A DNA stretch of 64,000 bases from Camelus dromedarius (taxonomy: Eukaryota), in NCBI RefSeq assembly GCF_036321535.1, contig NC_087436.1:108068001-108132000 (forward strand), written 5' to 3'. Positions 1 through 13,040 of this stretch are shown piece after piece. The notes below the pieces were generated by a model, which worked only from the letters and a program-made list of their open reading frames with translations, was not told where the DNA came from and made no database searches. Every line of letters starts with the position of its first letter. Positions within the stretch are counted from its first letter, which is position 1. The translations under genes were made by a program, and so were the position numbers.

Positions 1-45
1 CAAGCATCACTTCTATAGAATATAATGATTTTGTATAATTGCTTA

Positions 46-184
46 GTGTATATATGTAAATATTTAATCATTTAAAAAGTATTACCATGTATGTGAAAAC
101 TTGTGTATATGAATGTGTATATATGTATGTGTGTATATGATGTATATATTATATATAACATGAGTGATATTATATACATATATA
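46..184. repeat. (TA)/(TG)-rich low-complexity tract
   Basis: tatatgtatgtgtgtatatgatgtatatattatatata-type sequence. Confidence 0.7.
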
Positions 185-1049
185 GCCTTGAGTATTTGAA
201 AATTTGCTTAACTGTGGTTACTCAAGTGTATGCAATGTCATCTATAATTTTAGACACTCTTGGACTAAACCCATATGCAGAGATTAAAACTGTTTAATGA
301 CTGAATGACTATGAAAGCAAATTAAATCAGAAATCCCTGCTTCCTTGTAGATACCATTTTTGCTTTTGCTGTGAATCAACCATTGGATACTTTTGTTTGA
401 GATTTTTGTCTGTTCTTTTTTTTTTTTTTTTTTCTCCTTTGTCATAATGCTAGTTAGATTTTAATGAGAGAAACAAAATTGGCTTTGACATAAAGGATCT
501 ACTTCAAAGGAGCCAGTCAAGACAAAAAGAAAAACATTTTTGGACACAACCGTATTTTAACAAGTATAGTTTTTTTCACAGGTCATAATGATGTGAGTAG
601 CAGTGGGAGGTTTCCATGCAGATGTAATTCATTTATTTCATGGAAACGTTAGTTCTTTTATAATATAGAGATTCATTTGAAACAATTATAAGCTGTCATA
701 TATGTCTTTGGCAAGCAAATTTTTCCATATAAATTTTCCCTATACTTTCTTACAACTATTCTGTAAATAATTTTGTCTAAATTATTTTGAGAAAAATAGA
801 GATGAAACAATCTGAAAGCTGTAAGTGTGAAAAATTGTCCTTTTTGAAACATTGATTCCATTTTCAAACCTTGAAGATAGCTTTTAAAGTTTATATTTTA
901 TATTAAAGGCAATTACAGAAAATTTTTATTGTAATATATATTTGACATAAATTTTAGGGCACTTTAAAATTTTGTGGAATCAAGAGGGGGTGAAAAAAAA
1001 ATACATTGCAAACCCAAGCGTAAAGTAGTTTATTAAGAATGCCATTTTG

Positions 1050-1135
1050 ATCCAGGCTAACATGGGTTCAAGTCCTTGCTCTGTCACTTCCTAACTAGGA
1101 TTGTTTCCTTTGACAAGTTTGACTTAACTTCTTTC
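1050..1135 (+). mobile_element. MIR SINE fragment
   Basis: catgggttcaagtccttgctctgtcacttcctaactag...gacaagtttgacttaac resembles the MIR core. Confidence 0.55.
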
Positions 1136-1977
1136 ATTTCTTAATTCCATTCAGTCTCTAAAATACTATGAGAATGCACACTTTACATATACTGGATGTT
1201 AATCAGATTGTGATTATAAAAAGATCATTGTCAAAGAGCAATGATCACAAATTGGTGATAAAATTGACCCTCTTATAGTAAACACAACATATATCTTAAA
1301 ATGAATTGATACAATTCTTTATACCAAACCTGAATTTTAGTTTGTTTTCCTATAACAAAGATTCATGGTCTTAGGGTTTATACATTAATAGTTCTTGGGA
1401 GACTATTTAAACAGACTTCTGAATATCACAGGAAAGCTCTTTTCTCAGTTTAGAAAACAGACTTAGACATTCGCTTTTCTATGATGAGCAAATTAAACTT
1501 AAGGTGTGTAACTTTGTGTATGTATTCTTACCCTGCCTTTCCTTTCTGAGCAAGGTGAGTCGTCTTGTGCTCTGTGTGTCTAAAGTACCTGGGTCAACAG
1601 TCTTCTACTGCCTCATCATTTCTTATTGAAATGCGTAGCCTAAGATTTCACTATGAGTTTAATCCAAGCTGAATCAAAGTTATTTGTACTTTTTAATTGT
1701 CTTATTCAATAACACCAAGGTAACATGATATTTCTATTCTCCAAGCCCCTTGACTCTTCCTTTTTTATTTAGTGATAGATCATCATATATGTCCACATTT
1801 CTAGAGCTGTTGACTACAAATTACTGTCCCAATTCAGCAACCTAGGTGATACATTCTTCTGGAAATTGAGGAGAAAGACAGGACGATGGGGAATCACCAG
1901 AGTACAGGGCTGATTTTGATATGTGGAAAACCATCATGACAGATAAATTGGATTTGACTAACCATGAAGAATGAGTG

Positions 1978-2330
1978 GGCGAGGGTTCCAGTTTCTGCAC
2001 ATCCTGACCAACATATTGTCTTTTGTTTTTTGATACTAGCCTTCCTAATAAATGTAAGGTGATATCTTATTGTGGTTTTGATTTAACTTCCTTGAGGATT
2101 ACTGACATTGAGCATCTTTTCTTGTAACTATTAACCATTTGTGTGTCTTCCTTGGAGAAATGTCTGTTCAAGTCCTTAGCCCATATTTTACTTGGGTTAT
2201 TTAAAACATAAGTTATAGGAGTTCCTTAGATATTTTTCAGATCAACCCCTTCCTTATTAGATATATGACTTGCAAATATTTTCTCCCACTCTGTATGTTG
2301 CCTTTTCACTCTGTTGCTGGTTTACTTTCT
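1978..2330 (-). mobile_element. L1M (L1MA/MB-like) ORF2 3' region, inverted 5' part of one insertion
   Basis: Antisense L1 hallmarks: gagggttccagtttctgcacatcc, ttggagaaatgtctgttcaagtcc, ttgcaaatattttctcccactctgta. Confidence 0.85.
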
Positions 2331-2800
2331 CAAAGAGGTAATAGCACTCATGTTCACTGCAGCACTATTCGCAATAGCCAAGACGCGGAAACAAACTAAA
2401 TGTCCATTGACAGATAAGTGGATAAGGAAAATGTGATGTACACAAACAATGAAATATTACTGTCCTTTGAAAGAATGAAATATTGCAAGACATGACAGCA
2501 TGGATGAACCTGGGAACTAAAAGAAGAAGCCAGTCACCTCATGATTCCTCTTACATGAGGCATCTAAAATACTCAGCCTTGTAGGGAGAGAGAGTAGAAT
2601 GGTGGCTGTCAGTGGCTGGAGGGAGGGGAAATAGTCAGCAGGTATAAAGTTTCAATTATGCAAATGAGAAATTTCTAGAAATCTTCTTTACAACATTGTT
2701 ATAATAATCTATAGTTAACAAGACTGTGCTGTACACTTAAAAATCTCACATTTAATGTTCTTACCACAATAAAAATAATTTTTAAAAGTATAAAAAGAAA
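2331..2800 (+). mobile_element. L1M (L1MA/MB-like) 3' end with polyA signal and A-rich tail
   Basis: atgttcactgcagcactattcgcaatagccaag...aaatgtccattgacagataagtggataaggaaaatgtg...gttcttaccacaataaaaat. Confidence 0.85.
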
Positions 2801-3697
2801 TAATAGAAGAGCATTTTTTGATCTAATAGAGTATCCACAGAAACAAATTTTTTAAAAAAATGGGTAGAGTTATTAGAGAAATAAAAATTAGAGACAACAG
2901 GGTCAAAGCTTGCATTAATTTGACCAGAACTACTTTGAAAAGCAGGGCATGTGTAAAGCTAAAATACATTCTTAATTGCTCAAACATCAGTGAAGCACAA
3001 ATCCAGAGCAATGCTATTAAATCTGTACAGTGATGCCTCTTAGCAATTAAAAGATTTTGTTTGAAGGACTCCTTTTAGAAGTCTGAGAGCTGTTTTGTTT
3101 CGGTTAATTATTAAATCAGTAGTTTTCCATTTATTTCTAACATGTAGCTAACTAGAGACTTTTATTCTTACCTGTCGCCTAATTGCCTGGAGTGGATGGT
3201 CCATTTCATTTAGATAGCTTGAATTCCTCTGCCTCTCCTGTTTCATCTGAAGTGATCATGTTAATTGCATAAGGGTTTCTTTTAAAATCCTATGAGTGGG
3301 TTGTAGAAGGAAAAATAAAATCACAGATTTCAAATAACATAACATGTTTTTCTTCTCTCCTCTTTTTATATTCCTTAAATTATTTTTGTGAATATACTTA
3401 CCTATGCCTTCTAAAATATTAATACAGTTGTTTGATTTAACTTTCAAACCCTTTTTAGCCTTTTATTAATTTTGATATTTAGATTTTATAGAGTAGTTTT
3501 CTTCATTTTCTTCCTTTTTATTTGTATTTACATAAGAAAACTTTATTTATGTCATTTGTATTATTTACTGTAAGCAACAGAAATGGGAACCTGAGCTGGA
3601 AGGTAACAATGATCACAAGTAACAGCAAAATAAAATCCTGCTTTTTATAGGAGGAAGAAACCTTGTCTTGGCGTTGAGAAATTTGAGCTTAATCTTG

Positions 3698-3748
3698 TGT
3701 TGGCTACTATGGCCTTAATTAAATGTTGGCTACGTGGCCTTAATTAAA
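3698..3748. repeat. Tandem duplication, 25-26 bp unit x2
   Basis: tgttggctactatggccttaattaaa / tgttggctacgtggccttaattaaa. Confidence 0.9.
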
Positions 3749-4214
3749 TCATATTGATTTTTCTGGTCTCTTCGGGTTCAGAAATTATAAAATTTACCTT
3801 AAATTGCTTTCCCTTTTCATTGGGTGACCACTTCAAGAAGTATTTTAGCTGAGATCAATGTATGGAAGCATGGATTATGAAAGCAAATTGAGAAATATTA
3901 GCAAAAGAATGACTATTTTTCTCAGGCGTGAAAGGTGAGAATGTGGACTTTCGATTTGTGCACATGAGGATAACCTCTTTACTATGACATGACACTCCAG
4001 GTAGGTAAATGCCAAGTCCTCAGCCTGAGAAACTCTTGGGATTTGTTACTGACTTGGCCACAGGTCACCAGACATCTGTGGACCTTGGTTTCTGTCCGTC
4101 AAGTGAAGGGATTGGAGTAAATGATTAAACTTTTTTTCCTACCTCTGGCAGGAGTCTGAGATACAATCTTAATTAAAATCAGCATCAAGAAAACCAAAAG
4201 GAAAGTTCTGCTCT

Positions 4215-4870
4215 AGTTCATGTTTAGTAAATCAAAGATTAGTTCCTCATACTTGTTTCTTGCAGGCTTTTAACAAGCGCTGTGCGTCAAGCCCTGGGGG
4301 TTCAAAACCCAGTCCCAGAAAGCAGAGTCTAGATAGAGAAATGTGCAGAATTGTTTAGAGTGTCATATCATTGCTATCATAGAAGTGTAAGCAAAGTGCC
4401 TTTGAAAAATACAGAAAACTCACCCAGTTTGCTTGAGGTTTCACACATGAAATGACATGATAACTAGTACTGGATGTATGAGCATCAGTTTGTCAAGAGG
4501 AGGAACTGAGACGAGCATGTCAAGGGCCAAGGTTTGAGTGTTCTGATGCCAGGAAGCTTGTCTGGGAATCTGATTAGCTTTGTGTGATCAGGACATGACT
4601 ATCAGGATACAGATCATGAGGACTTTTTGAGTATACCATTTTCAACTGTTTAGGTTTCTCTTTTCTAAAATGAGACTATTTTAAAGATGTGTACATAGAA
4701 CAGTGTTTGGGGCACCTAAGTCTCTGGGTCCAGGACAGACTGAAGGATGCTGAGACGGGCAGCAAGAAGGGAAGTTAGGTGGCTATTGTAGTGGTTCAGG
4801 TGAGAGATTAACCGCGGTGCGAACAGAGGCACAATCTGTGGAGGAACTATTTCAAAGAATCCATGATACT
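4215..4870 (-). mobile_element. Degenerate L2 fragments
   Basis: e.g. gaagttaggtggctattgtagtggttcaggtgagagat, typical of antisense L2. Confidence 0.5.
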
Positions 4871-4880
4871 CGGCAGTGGT

Positions 4881-5280
4881 ATGAGTCAGGATGATTTGAG
4901 TTATGCTGGAATGATGAATAACCTCCAAGTATTATCAGTGGTTTAAAGCAACAAAAGTTTATTTCTCATGCAATATATTCAATTATTTCAAGCGGGAATT
5001 TAGAGAGGGACATTCAGATATTCTTTGCTCCTCAAAGTCGTTCAGGGACTTAGAGTGACTGCTTCCATGTTTCCACATCAGTGTTAAACGAACAGGGCAG
5101 ATCACACACTGTCTCTGAAAGCTTCGATCTGGAAAGCACCCATTTCACTTCTGTACACATCGTATTGGCAATGTCTAGTCGTTTGGCCGTGCCCAACTTC
5201 AAGGGGGCTGCAAAATGTAATCCTATAGGGGCTCTGGAAGTGAGAACTAGTGTTAGATGAACGACTCTTAATCACTATGG
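4881..5280 (-). mobile_element. MaLR LTR (MLT1J/K/L-like)
   Basis: ggtttaaagcaacaaaagtttatttctcatgc...cacttctgtacacatcgtattggc...cccaacttcaagggggctgcaaaatgtaatcct. Confidence 0.7.
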
Positions 5281-5468
5281 TAGCAAGTAATTAGGTTTGG
5301 GGAGATAGGAAGAGAGAAGCTAGGACAATTTCAAAGACGTTTCTAGCTTAGACCTTTATATGTGCGGGCTGGTCATCATTCTGTGTGTGATGAGTTTTAC
5401 TTCACTTTCTCTTTCTCCAGGAATCTCCCCTTGACCATGACTAGGTAGGGGCCTATGTTAGATGTGCT

Positions 5469-5906
5469 CAGTGGTATCCATGTTTAATAACTGGCTATCT
5501 GTGGGCTGGAAAAAACAACAACAACAACAACTCTGGTACCATTTGTTGAATTCCCTGGTGTAAGTACTCCCACCATGGCCAACCTCACGCTACCAACCTG
5601 ATGCCACTGCACAAAGTTGGTAATAGATGCCCAGGAGCACACCATCATATGGCGTCTCCATCACATGCGTGCTATGGAACTACGTGAGTTCAAGTGCCCA
5701 GATAATCATCAGATATAATAAAATAATTAGGAAGAGATTGAGTTTCAAGTATTTATAAACTTTGTTTTAAATATAATTTATTTAATTGAAAGTTTGTCTA
5801 ATTTAATTTTTAATAATGGCTGGTTTTAGTGACTGGCTTACAAAATTCCTGAAAATCCTGTAGTTGGCTCTCACAAGCGCTCAGGGGCTGGTTCCAGCAC
5901 ACCCTT
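5469..5906. mobile_element. MER63-like hAT-Blackjack DNA transposon relic
   Basis: cagtggt... start; internal tactcccaccatggccaacctcacgctaccaac; end ggctggttccagcacacc. Confidence 0.75.
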
Positions 5907-5919
5907 TGGTGCCTTCTTT

Positions 5920-6130
5920 TCCTCTGTACTCACACAACACTGTATACTTGTTCCCCTTACTGCTTTTATCAGCTTTATTTTAATTATTCATTTACCCATC
6001 TGTGTTCTCCGCTGGACAGTGAGCTCCTCAAGGCAAAGGGCCCTGTCTCACTCTGGAATGAATGCTCTGTGCTTGACATGGTGCTTGGAACACAGAAGAA
6101 AGTCTGTACATGCTAGTTGAGATAATGGAT
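5920..6130 (+). mobile_element. L2 3' end
   Basis: ggacagtgagctcctcaaggcaaagggcc...catggtgcttggaacacag. Confidence 0.7.
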
Positions 6131-7619
6131 TCACCCAGACAGATTTTTCACGAAGTAAGCAGATCAGCGGTTTCTTTTCCACTGACCCTGATTTGCAGGG
6201 GCCAAGTCATTTCATTTTATTAAGAAAGAGCCACTCCACACAATTGCTCCGATGTTAAACTCTCCCTACCTGTACATCCTCAGCTGTTTAAAAGCAGTAT
6301 CTTCAAGCCTGGCTTTGCTCCTTGGGTGAATGCCAGTTTCTCTAGAAAACATCTCAAGGTAAATGTGTGCTCAAGACCTAGACTGTAGCATTAGAAAATT
6401 CTGTTGTTCTTTTGGAGTTTTATTCTGACATTTTCTTATGTAAATAATCTGTATATAACCACTGTAAATTTTTGCATCTCCCCAATGAGGTGTTATTAAA
6501 AACAGCAATTGTGTCTTAAGCTTTATTCATATCCCTTTAACCTAACACATTACTGGTCATATCATAGTGACGAAAACATGTAAGTTTTGACTGTTTTACT
6601 TCTACCTCAAATACCAAGTAAAATGAACTCAAAATGACTTTCTGAAGCTCCGTACATATCTTCTACAGTTTCCATTTTAATGAGTTCGCTGTATCATTAT
6701 TATAGGAAGGCCATTGTGTTCTATTTTGGAATTAGTAGGTGAAAACCTCATTGTCTTACTGCTTTTGTTTTTAACCTTGATTAACTCAGTACCTTTACGC
6801 TGGCTTCAAGTTGTCTTCCCAGTGTACATCCAGCTGGAATCATACTTCAAAGACACCAGGCTGTGACTCAGAGGGCACCGTGTGACAAATTGCAGATCCT
6901 TGGTATAGCTAGATTATTAGAATCTTTATCTAAATTGTTTACATGTCAAGCTTCTTTGGTAGCCCAGAATAATTTGGATAAATGAACCTCCCCGCTGATA
7001 ATTACATTTCCTTAACAATATTTTGGCGTATATACATAAAAGGTAGTAATAGCTTCCACCAGCGCTCTGTCCTGCAGCATGTCAGAGCCCCGGATTCTGA
7101 TAGCGTCTGACACATATTACGTAAGTCATACATTTCTAGAAGCAGAGCCCTCTGCCAGGTCTTCTCCCAAGTGATTCCGTCTCAAGCTGCAAGGAGTCAA
7201 AAATCTGATTATGTCTGCAACTTTCCATGGATGTCATACACATTTATGGGAAAGCCCAAACGTTCTGAATCAGGAATTATCAAATGGAGACTATGAAATA
7301 AAATCTCCCCCTTCTCTCCGTTCTCAAGATATTACTGCACCCCCGGAGAGGTTGTCCCGCCTCCACTCTCCTGACTGAGAATTCCTGCTCTCCTGGCTGT
7401 TGAGATACATGGATATTCATGAGCAGGTGTTGTCTCAGGTAGTCAAGGGCAGGAAAATGTGGAAAACAGTATTCTATAGCTCTTTGATAAAACTAATAAA
7501 AAGAAAAGTCGTTGACCTACCGGCATGTAAAAACTTATAAAAACTATACTTGCTGTTTGCCATGAACATGCGTTGGTTTCAGGTTCCTACCACTTAACAT
7601 TCAGCTGTACTGTGGGTTC

Positions 7620-7796
7620 AAACCCACAGATGTGTTCCCAGAGATGCCCCACAGAATACTACCTTGTGTGTGTGTGTATGGTGGGGAGTGTCTGTACTAA
7701 TAGAAGTTTGTGAAATTCTGTGCATAATTTATCATTTTAAAAATTTATAATGTATATTGATGTACTTTTAGAGTCTTTGGGAAATCCTCCAGTAAA

Positions 7797-7838
<42 letters not shown>

Positions 7839-7870
7839 ATTCGGACTACTGTTTCCCAAATTCAGTTTAC
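7620..7870. mobile_element. MER103-like hAT-Charlie relic containing a (GT)n
   Basis: gatgtgttcccagaga...gggaaatcctccagtaaaaaac...ctgtttcccaaatt. Confidence 0.45.
7801..7836. repeat. (GT)18 microsatellite
   Basis: Perfect dinucleotide run. Confidence 0.97.
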
Positions 7871-7872
7871 TG

Positions 7873-8130
7873 TGTGTATCGATTAAGGTTCACTCAGGAA
7901 ACAGAAACTACCCAGTAATTTGAACTGGGGAATTTATTTGTTATAACAAGATTGATGTAAAAATCAGGATTGGCTCATAAAAAAATAAAGAAAACTACAG
8001 AGAGTATGTGCATTGCAGTTATAAGGAGCGGCCGTTGTCCCTGGCAATAAGCGTACCCAAGGGAAGCTGCATCCTCCCTCTCAGGGCTGAGACCCCTGGA
8101 TCACTGGAGAGGGCACAGCTGTTGGAAGTT
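7873..8130 (-). mobile_element. ERVL-type LTR fragment (LTR41-like)
   Basis: tgtatcgattaaggttcactcaggaaacagaaactacc... resembles an antisense ERVL LTR terminus. Confidence 0.45.
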
Positions 8131-9155
8131 AACCATTTTCTTTTGAAACATGTTATCGTTAATATCCATATAGTTTTTAGTATTTTTGGTTAAGTGAAAT
8201 TGTGTAGAAATAGAATAGAAATAGAAGAGTGGTGTTTTGGGAGTATTTGGAGGTAGGTGTTTTAAAACTTTTTGTTTCAATTTGATTTCTCCCGTGTACT
8301 GTCATATGATTTGAACCCTGGTCATGCTCAGAGATTGGGCAGAATCCAGTGGATGAGCTATAACTTTTCAACACCGGTGTCCTCCTTGCCTTGACTTCAC
8401 TTTGAGAGGTGACTACATTGAGGCAATAATCGCCAAGGCAGGAAGTCCCAGATCAATGCTGGAGTGAAACCAGGGAAACAGAGGAAGGAGCCTTCCTAGA
8501 GGTGAGCTCTGGGAGGTGCCACTGAGTGGGACCATGCTCCTGAGCTCTGGCTTTGGATGCAGTGCTGGCTTGACTCTAGCCTGCTGTTAAATAGCTAGGT
8601 TGACTTTGGGGAGGATTATATATTTTAGGGCTACTATGAGTATAAATTCAAAGATGCAGACCTTCAGAGTAGCCATAAAGAATACAATAGGTAACAATGA
8701 GTATTATTTCTCTTAATTCTCACTTCTCTGGAACTGAATTTAGTTACTAAGAAAAGATGAAACAATTACTTAGTATGTTTTGAAATGTATTTTAAAGTCT
8801 GAGGCTATTGTTTTAATACGTTTCGCATCATTTTCCCTGTAATACATCATTTCATCCTAGAATGTGGCATCGGAATGGTCTTCAGGCATAATCTAATTTA
8901 TAAATAGAACTGAGTTAAAGTAGAAGAATTCTTTTTACTAGTAGATTTTCCAAGCAATCTCATATCCTACTTTATTATATTCATTGTGCATATGTTACAA
9001 AATAGTAAACCAAAGAAGAAAACCAACTTATGCTATAACTAAGAACTAAGCCAAGTTTATATAGCCAAACGTATTTAATTAAATTTATACATATAACATA
9101 TATACATATGAGTATGGGTATATTAAATATATATAAAATTGGAATTATTGGAATA

Positions 9156-9373
9156 CAATTATTGAGCAACACGGGTTTGAAAAACATATGCAGATTTCTT
9201 TTCAGTAGTAAATACTATAATCCTTGATGGTCCATAGTTGGTTGAATCTTCAGACATGGATTCGCAGATACAGAGGAACTACAGATATGGAGGGCTGACT
9301 ATAAATTAAATATGGATTTTTGACTGCACAAGGCCTCAGGCGTTTAATCCCTACATTGTTCAAGGGTCAACTG
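9156..9373. mobile_element. MER8 / Tigger2-derived Tc1-mariner MITE
   Basis: Ends caattattgagcaacacgggtttgaa ... ttgttcaagggtcaactg; TA at 9154-9155 and 9374-9375 is the expected Tc1/mariner target duplication. Confidence 0.85.
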
Positions 9374-10029
9374 TATATATAAGAAATAAAGAAAACTGGA
9401 CAACTCCTGATTCTGGAGTTTCTTATTAAGTCTTAGGGTCTGCCTTGCCTCTGAAGTGTACTGGTTCAGGTCTGTCGGATCTATTCTTATGTCTGTGTTT
9501 ATATTGTGACAGAATAAGATGATGATGTGGTGACAGTATTGAATCACATAATTAAGTTAATCATGACTTATGTCCTGGATATTCGAAGCATTGCTGGTTA
9601 GAGACTTGTTCCCATAAAGACCTAATAGTTCACATCTTTGGGTTCTGAATATCAGTTCATTTATACTTTTTAGCCTTTAGGATGTCAGGGATGAGGGACC
9701 AGTGTGGGGATCAAAAATGACTTGATTCAAGAATAACACAGAGATGAGAATGAGCGTGACATTGGTAGCACATTATTTTTGCCATATGTTCTTTGAACTT
9801 TCTAGTCCATCTGAAATGCCTGTGGTTGCAGTAACCTATTCTTCATATCCTTCCAACATTTTCCTTCCAACTCTTTTCATTCCCTTCCCTTTACCTCTTC
9901 CCTCATCTTCCACCATGTTGAAAGTATATTTTTGTGTCTACACATATGAACAGAGATCTGCTACATCTCTTGCAAATAGTAACTCTGTGTGTGTACCTTC
10001 TCTTAACGTGTGCAGAAGTTGGATTATAC

Positions 10030-10205
10030 TAGAAGGAAGATTTATAACAAATAATATTGTCTAACAGTGGGACAGGCTCTCTCAGCAATAATGTGGGATT
10101 CAGGCATGAGTTTGACGTCCATCCTCGGGATGTATTTCTAAACTGAGTAGGAGAAAGGCCCAGCTGACATATGTTATTCCTTCCACTTACAAGTTTGTGA
10201 TTCTG
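10030..10205 (+). mobile_element. L3/CR1 3' end fragment
   Basis: aacagtgggacaggctctc...ttcaggcatgagtttgacgtccatcctcgggatgt...ccttccacttacaagtttgtgattct. Confidence 0.45.
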
Positions 10206-10509
10206 AACAGATGCTAATTTCAGAGCAAATCAGAATCAAAACAAGATTTCAGCCGAGCAGGTAACTAGACAATGTCTCCAGCTGTTCTGTGCCTCCCTTT
10301 TACCTCCTTGGCCCATACTGTCATCCCAATATCGTGTTTAATTTTTGATTGCCTATGATACTTATTTTCCTTGAGGTATCTTAATGTCTTCCCGTCTCAC
10401 AGCCTTCATTGCAGAGACCTCAGGCACTGATAAATATGCTATCTTGCTGTCACTGGTGGGATGGAGGGCTCTACCTGAACCTATCTAAAAAGCTGCTTTT
10501 TCGCCTGTG

Positions 10510-10622
10510 TTCATTCATTACTAAACACACAGGAGTGTCAGCTGTGTCGCGACACTGTGCTATGTGGCCATGAAGTTACACACAACAAAGAATTCTTTTC
10601 TCCAAGGAATTTATAGTCCAGA
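10510..10622 (-). mobile_element. L2 3' end fragment
   Basis: ttcattcattactaaacacacaggagtgtcagctgtgtcgcgacactgtgcta...ggaatttatagtcca. Confidence 0.6.
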
Positions 10623-10824
10623 GAAAAATATTTTAATTTGATAAATTGTGATACTAAACAGCAAATGTCAGCGGAGAGTTAAGAAGCAGCAGAGCACCCC
10701 AGTGTTTAAGAGCTCGGACCGACTCCCCCTTCCTCAGTGTGACAGCCCAGTGATCTTTAGGAGGGCACTTACTGTATTCATTCTGAAATAATCCTATGCC
10801 TGTATCTTTAGACTGGATGTTTTT

Positions 10825-10945
10825 GACATCTGCTCCCAGTAAAAAGGGAGTAACAGGGACTAGATTTACGTCCCAACTGAAACAAGAGAAAGACAAGTAA
10901 AACCATAAAATAACTGTTTTTGAGACGTGGGTGATCAGGCTATGA
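10825..10945 (+). mobile_element. Old L1M 5' UTR fragment
   Basis: ggagtaacagggactagatttacgtcccaactgaaacaa...tgtttttgagacgtggg. Confidence 0.5.
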
Positions 10946-11799
10946 ATGGCAGGGGTCCTGAGGGATGGGAAGCAAGCTAGCAGTATCAGCTTCATGGAAA
11001 GTTTTCTAAAATGGTTGTATCAATGAATCTTACACCATATATAATTTATGATTTATTAAACTTTATACATTAAATACTTCTCAAACAATACTTAACTTTT
11101 ATAGCACACCACATATTATGCATATGTTTATATATTTTACAGTTTCATAAAATATTCAAATGAAAGAAGAAAATTACTAGTGTGTGAAATATGTATTTCA
11201 TTTATAAATAAAACTACTGTCATTTAAAATAGTTTCTTGGTTAAGATCAAAGTTTGCAAAGCTTTCTGATTTCTCTGTATACTTCCAGCAGTTTTCAGTG
11301 GAAAGAGCCTTAGGTATACTTTTGCTTTAAAAATCTCTCCATTACTTATCTTTACTCACAGCAGTAAGTGTTTATTTAATTTATTAATTCATTAAAATAA
11401 ATTAATTAATTTATATAAGGCTGTACTTGTGGCTTCATAGAACATAAAAATCTTTAATCTGCATTAATGTGAGGGGGCATGGTGAAATTCTTATCACAGA
11501 AGTCTTACACTTTGCCTGTAAGAATTGCTGGTGGAATAATTATATGCTTCCAACAAATTATATTCCCTAGATTAATAGTGGGATCAAAAAGTTTAAAGAA
11601 GCATCTCTTCTGAGGAGTCACTGGTGTGTTCCTTGTTCCTTTCTAATTTAGGTTAAGCCTGGCAAATTAAATGCAGAAGTGCCTCTAATAGTGAAATTAA
11701 AAGTTTGCGTAGCTATTAAGATGCTGCTGGTCGAAAGCGTGTGACTAATAAAAGGCAGCCAAGATCTCAGATAATTCCTATCCCAGATGCAGATCTACA

Positions 11800-13040
11800 A
11801 TTGTTTATTTATTTAAAAAGTGTTTACTGAGGGCCTCACGTGGATTAGGCCCTGTACGAGGTGCTCAGCATATACCTCCAAGCACACAGATAAAAGTCTG
11901 TGGGCTCACAGAGCTTAGGTTCCAGAGGGGAGAGGCTGGCAACAAATAAATAAATGCAAGAACCAAGCATGTGTGTTTGTGTGTGTATGTGTGTGTGTGT
12001 GTGTGCACGCGTGCATGGTGTCATATTGCAATATACCATGGAATAAAAGAAAGCAACAAGGAGGATGAGAGTTTGCAGTGCAAGGATTCATTATTAATAG
12101 GATTGGGAAAGCCTTGTTGAAAAGTTGACTCCTAGTTGAGATCCGAGGGAGGCAAGACAATAAAACCTAGACATATCCTTAAGAAAGGATTCCAGGCAGA
12201 GGGAGCAGCAGAGGCAAGATCCCTGAAACAAGGATCTTGTTTGTTTGTTGTCGTTGTTGTTGTTGTTGTTTTTAAAGGGGCATCACCTCTGTGTGAACCA
12301 GAGTGAGCAGGGAGCCAGTAAGCAAGATGTAGTCAGAGAGGAATTGGAAGCAAATGGTTTGGGTGGTTTAAGGATTTTGCCTTTACTATGAATGTGATGG
12401 GTAGTCATGGGAGAGACTTGAGTAGAGATGTGGCTTGATCTGGATTTTGTTTTAAAAGAATCACTGTGGCTGGTGGTTTAAGAGTAGACTATAAGTGTTA
12501 AAGACAGATGCAGAGACACCAGTTAAGATGCTACTGTAATAAATTTGGAATAAAACATGGCAGTTAGGAGCAAGTGGTAGGAAGGTCTTTACTTTTGAAT
12601 GTTGAATCAACATCATTTGCTGAAGGATTAGATATGGAATAAGACGAAAAAAGTTTTGTTTTGTTTTAACCTGAGCACCTAGAAAAATGATGTTGGCATG
12701 CACAGAGATAGGAAGGACTCTGTGAAACAGCTTTGAGGCAAGAGAAGATTGGGAGTTTGGTTTTAGTTACTTTTGAGATGCCCACTACATATATACTTAG
12801 CTATGCTGATGTGTAAGCCTAGAGTTCAGGGAGGAGACTCAGCCTTCAGATTTATATTTGGAATTTGTCAGCATTGTCTGGGATGAGCTGACCTGGGTGG
12901 TGAGTATAGACAGAGGAGAGAAGTTCCGAGACTACGACTTGAAAGACTGGAATCTAGGAGACTGAGAGGGTGTGGCCATCAAGTAGGAGCAAAACCAGGA
13001 GCAGAGAATCATAGACACCAAAGCATTGGGAAGGAAATGC
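11800..13040 (-). mobile_element. L2 (L2a-like), ~1.2 kb, with internal (TG)n and (TTG)n
   Basis: tgtttactgagggcc...ggattccaggcagagggagcagc...gatctggattttgttttaaaagaatcactgtggctg. Confidence 0.85.

Noticed and set aside
7610..7629. Isolated short perfect hairpins and palindromes (also 49681-49701, 55799-55812, 61025-61049)
   Set aside because: A handful of 7-9 bp stems is expected by chance in 64 kb of AT-rich DNA; none is long enough for a pre-miRNA.
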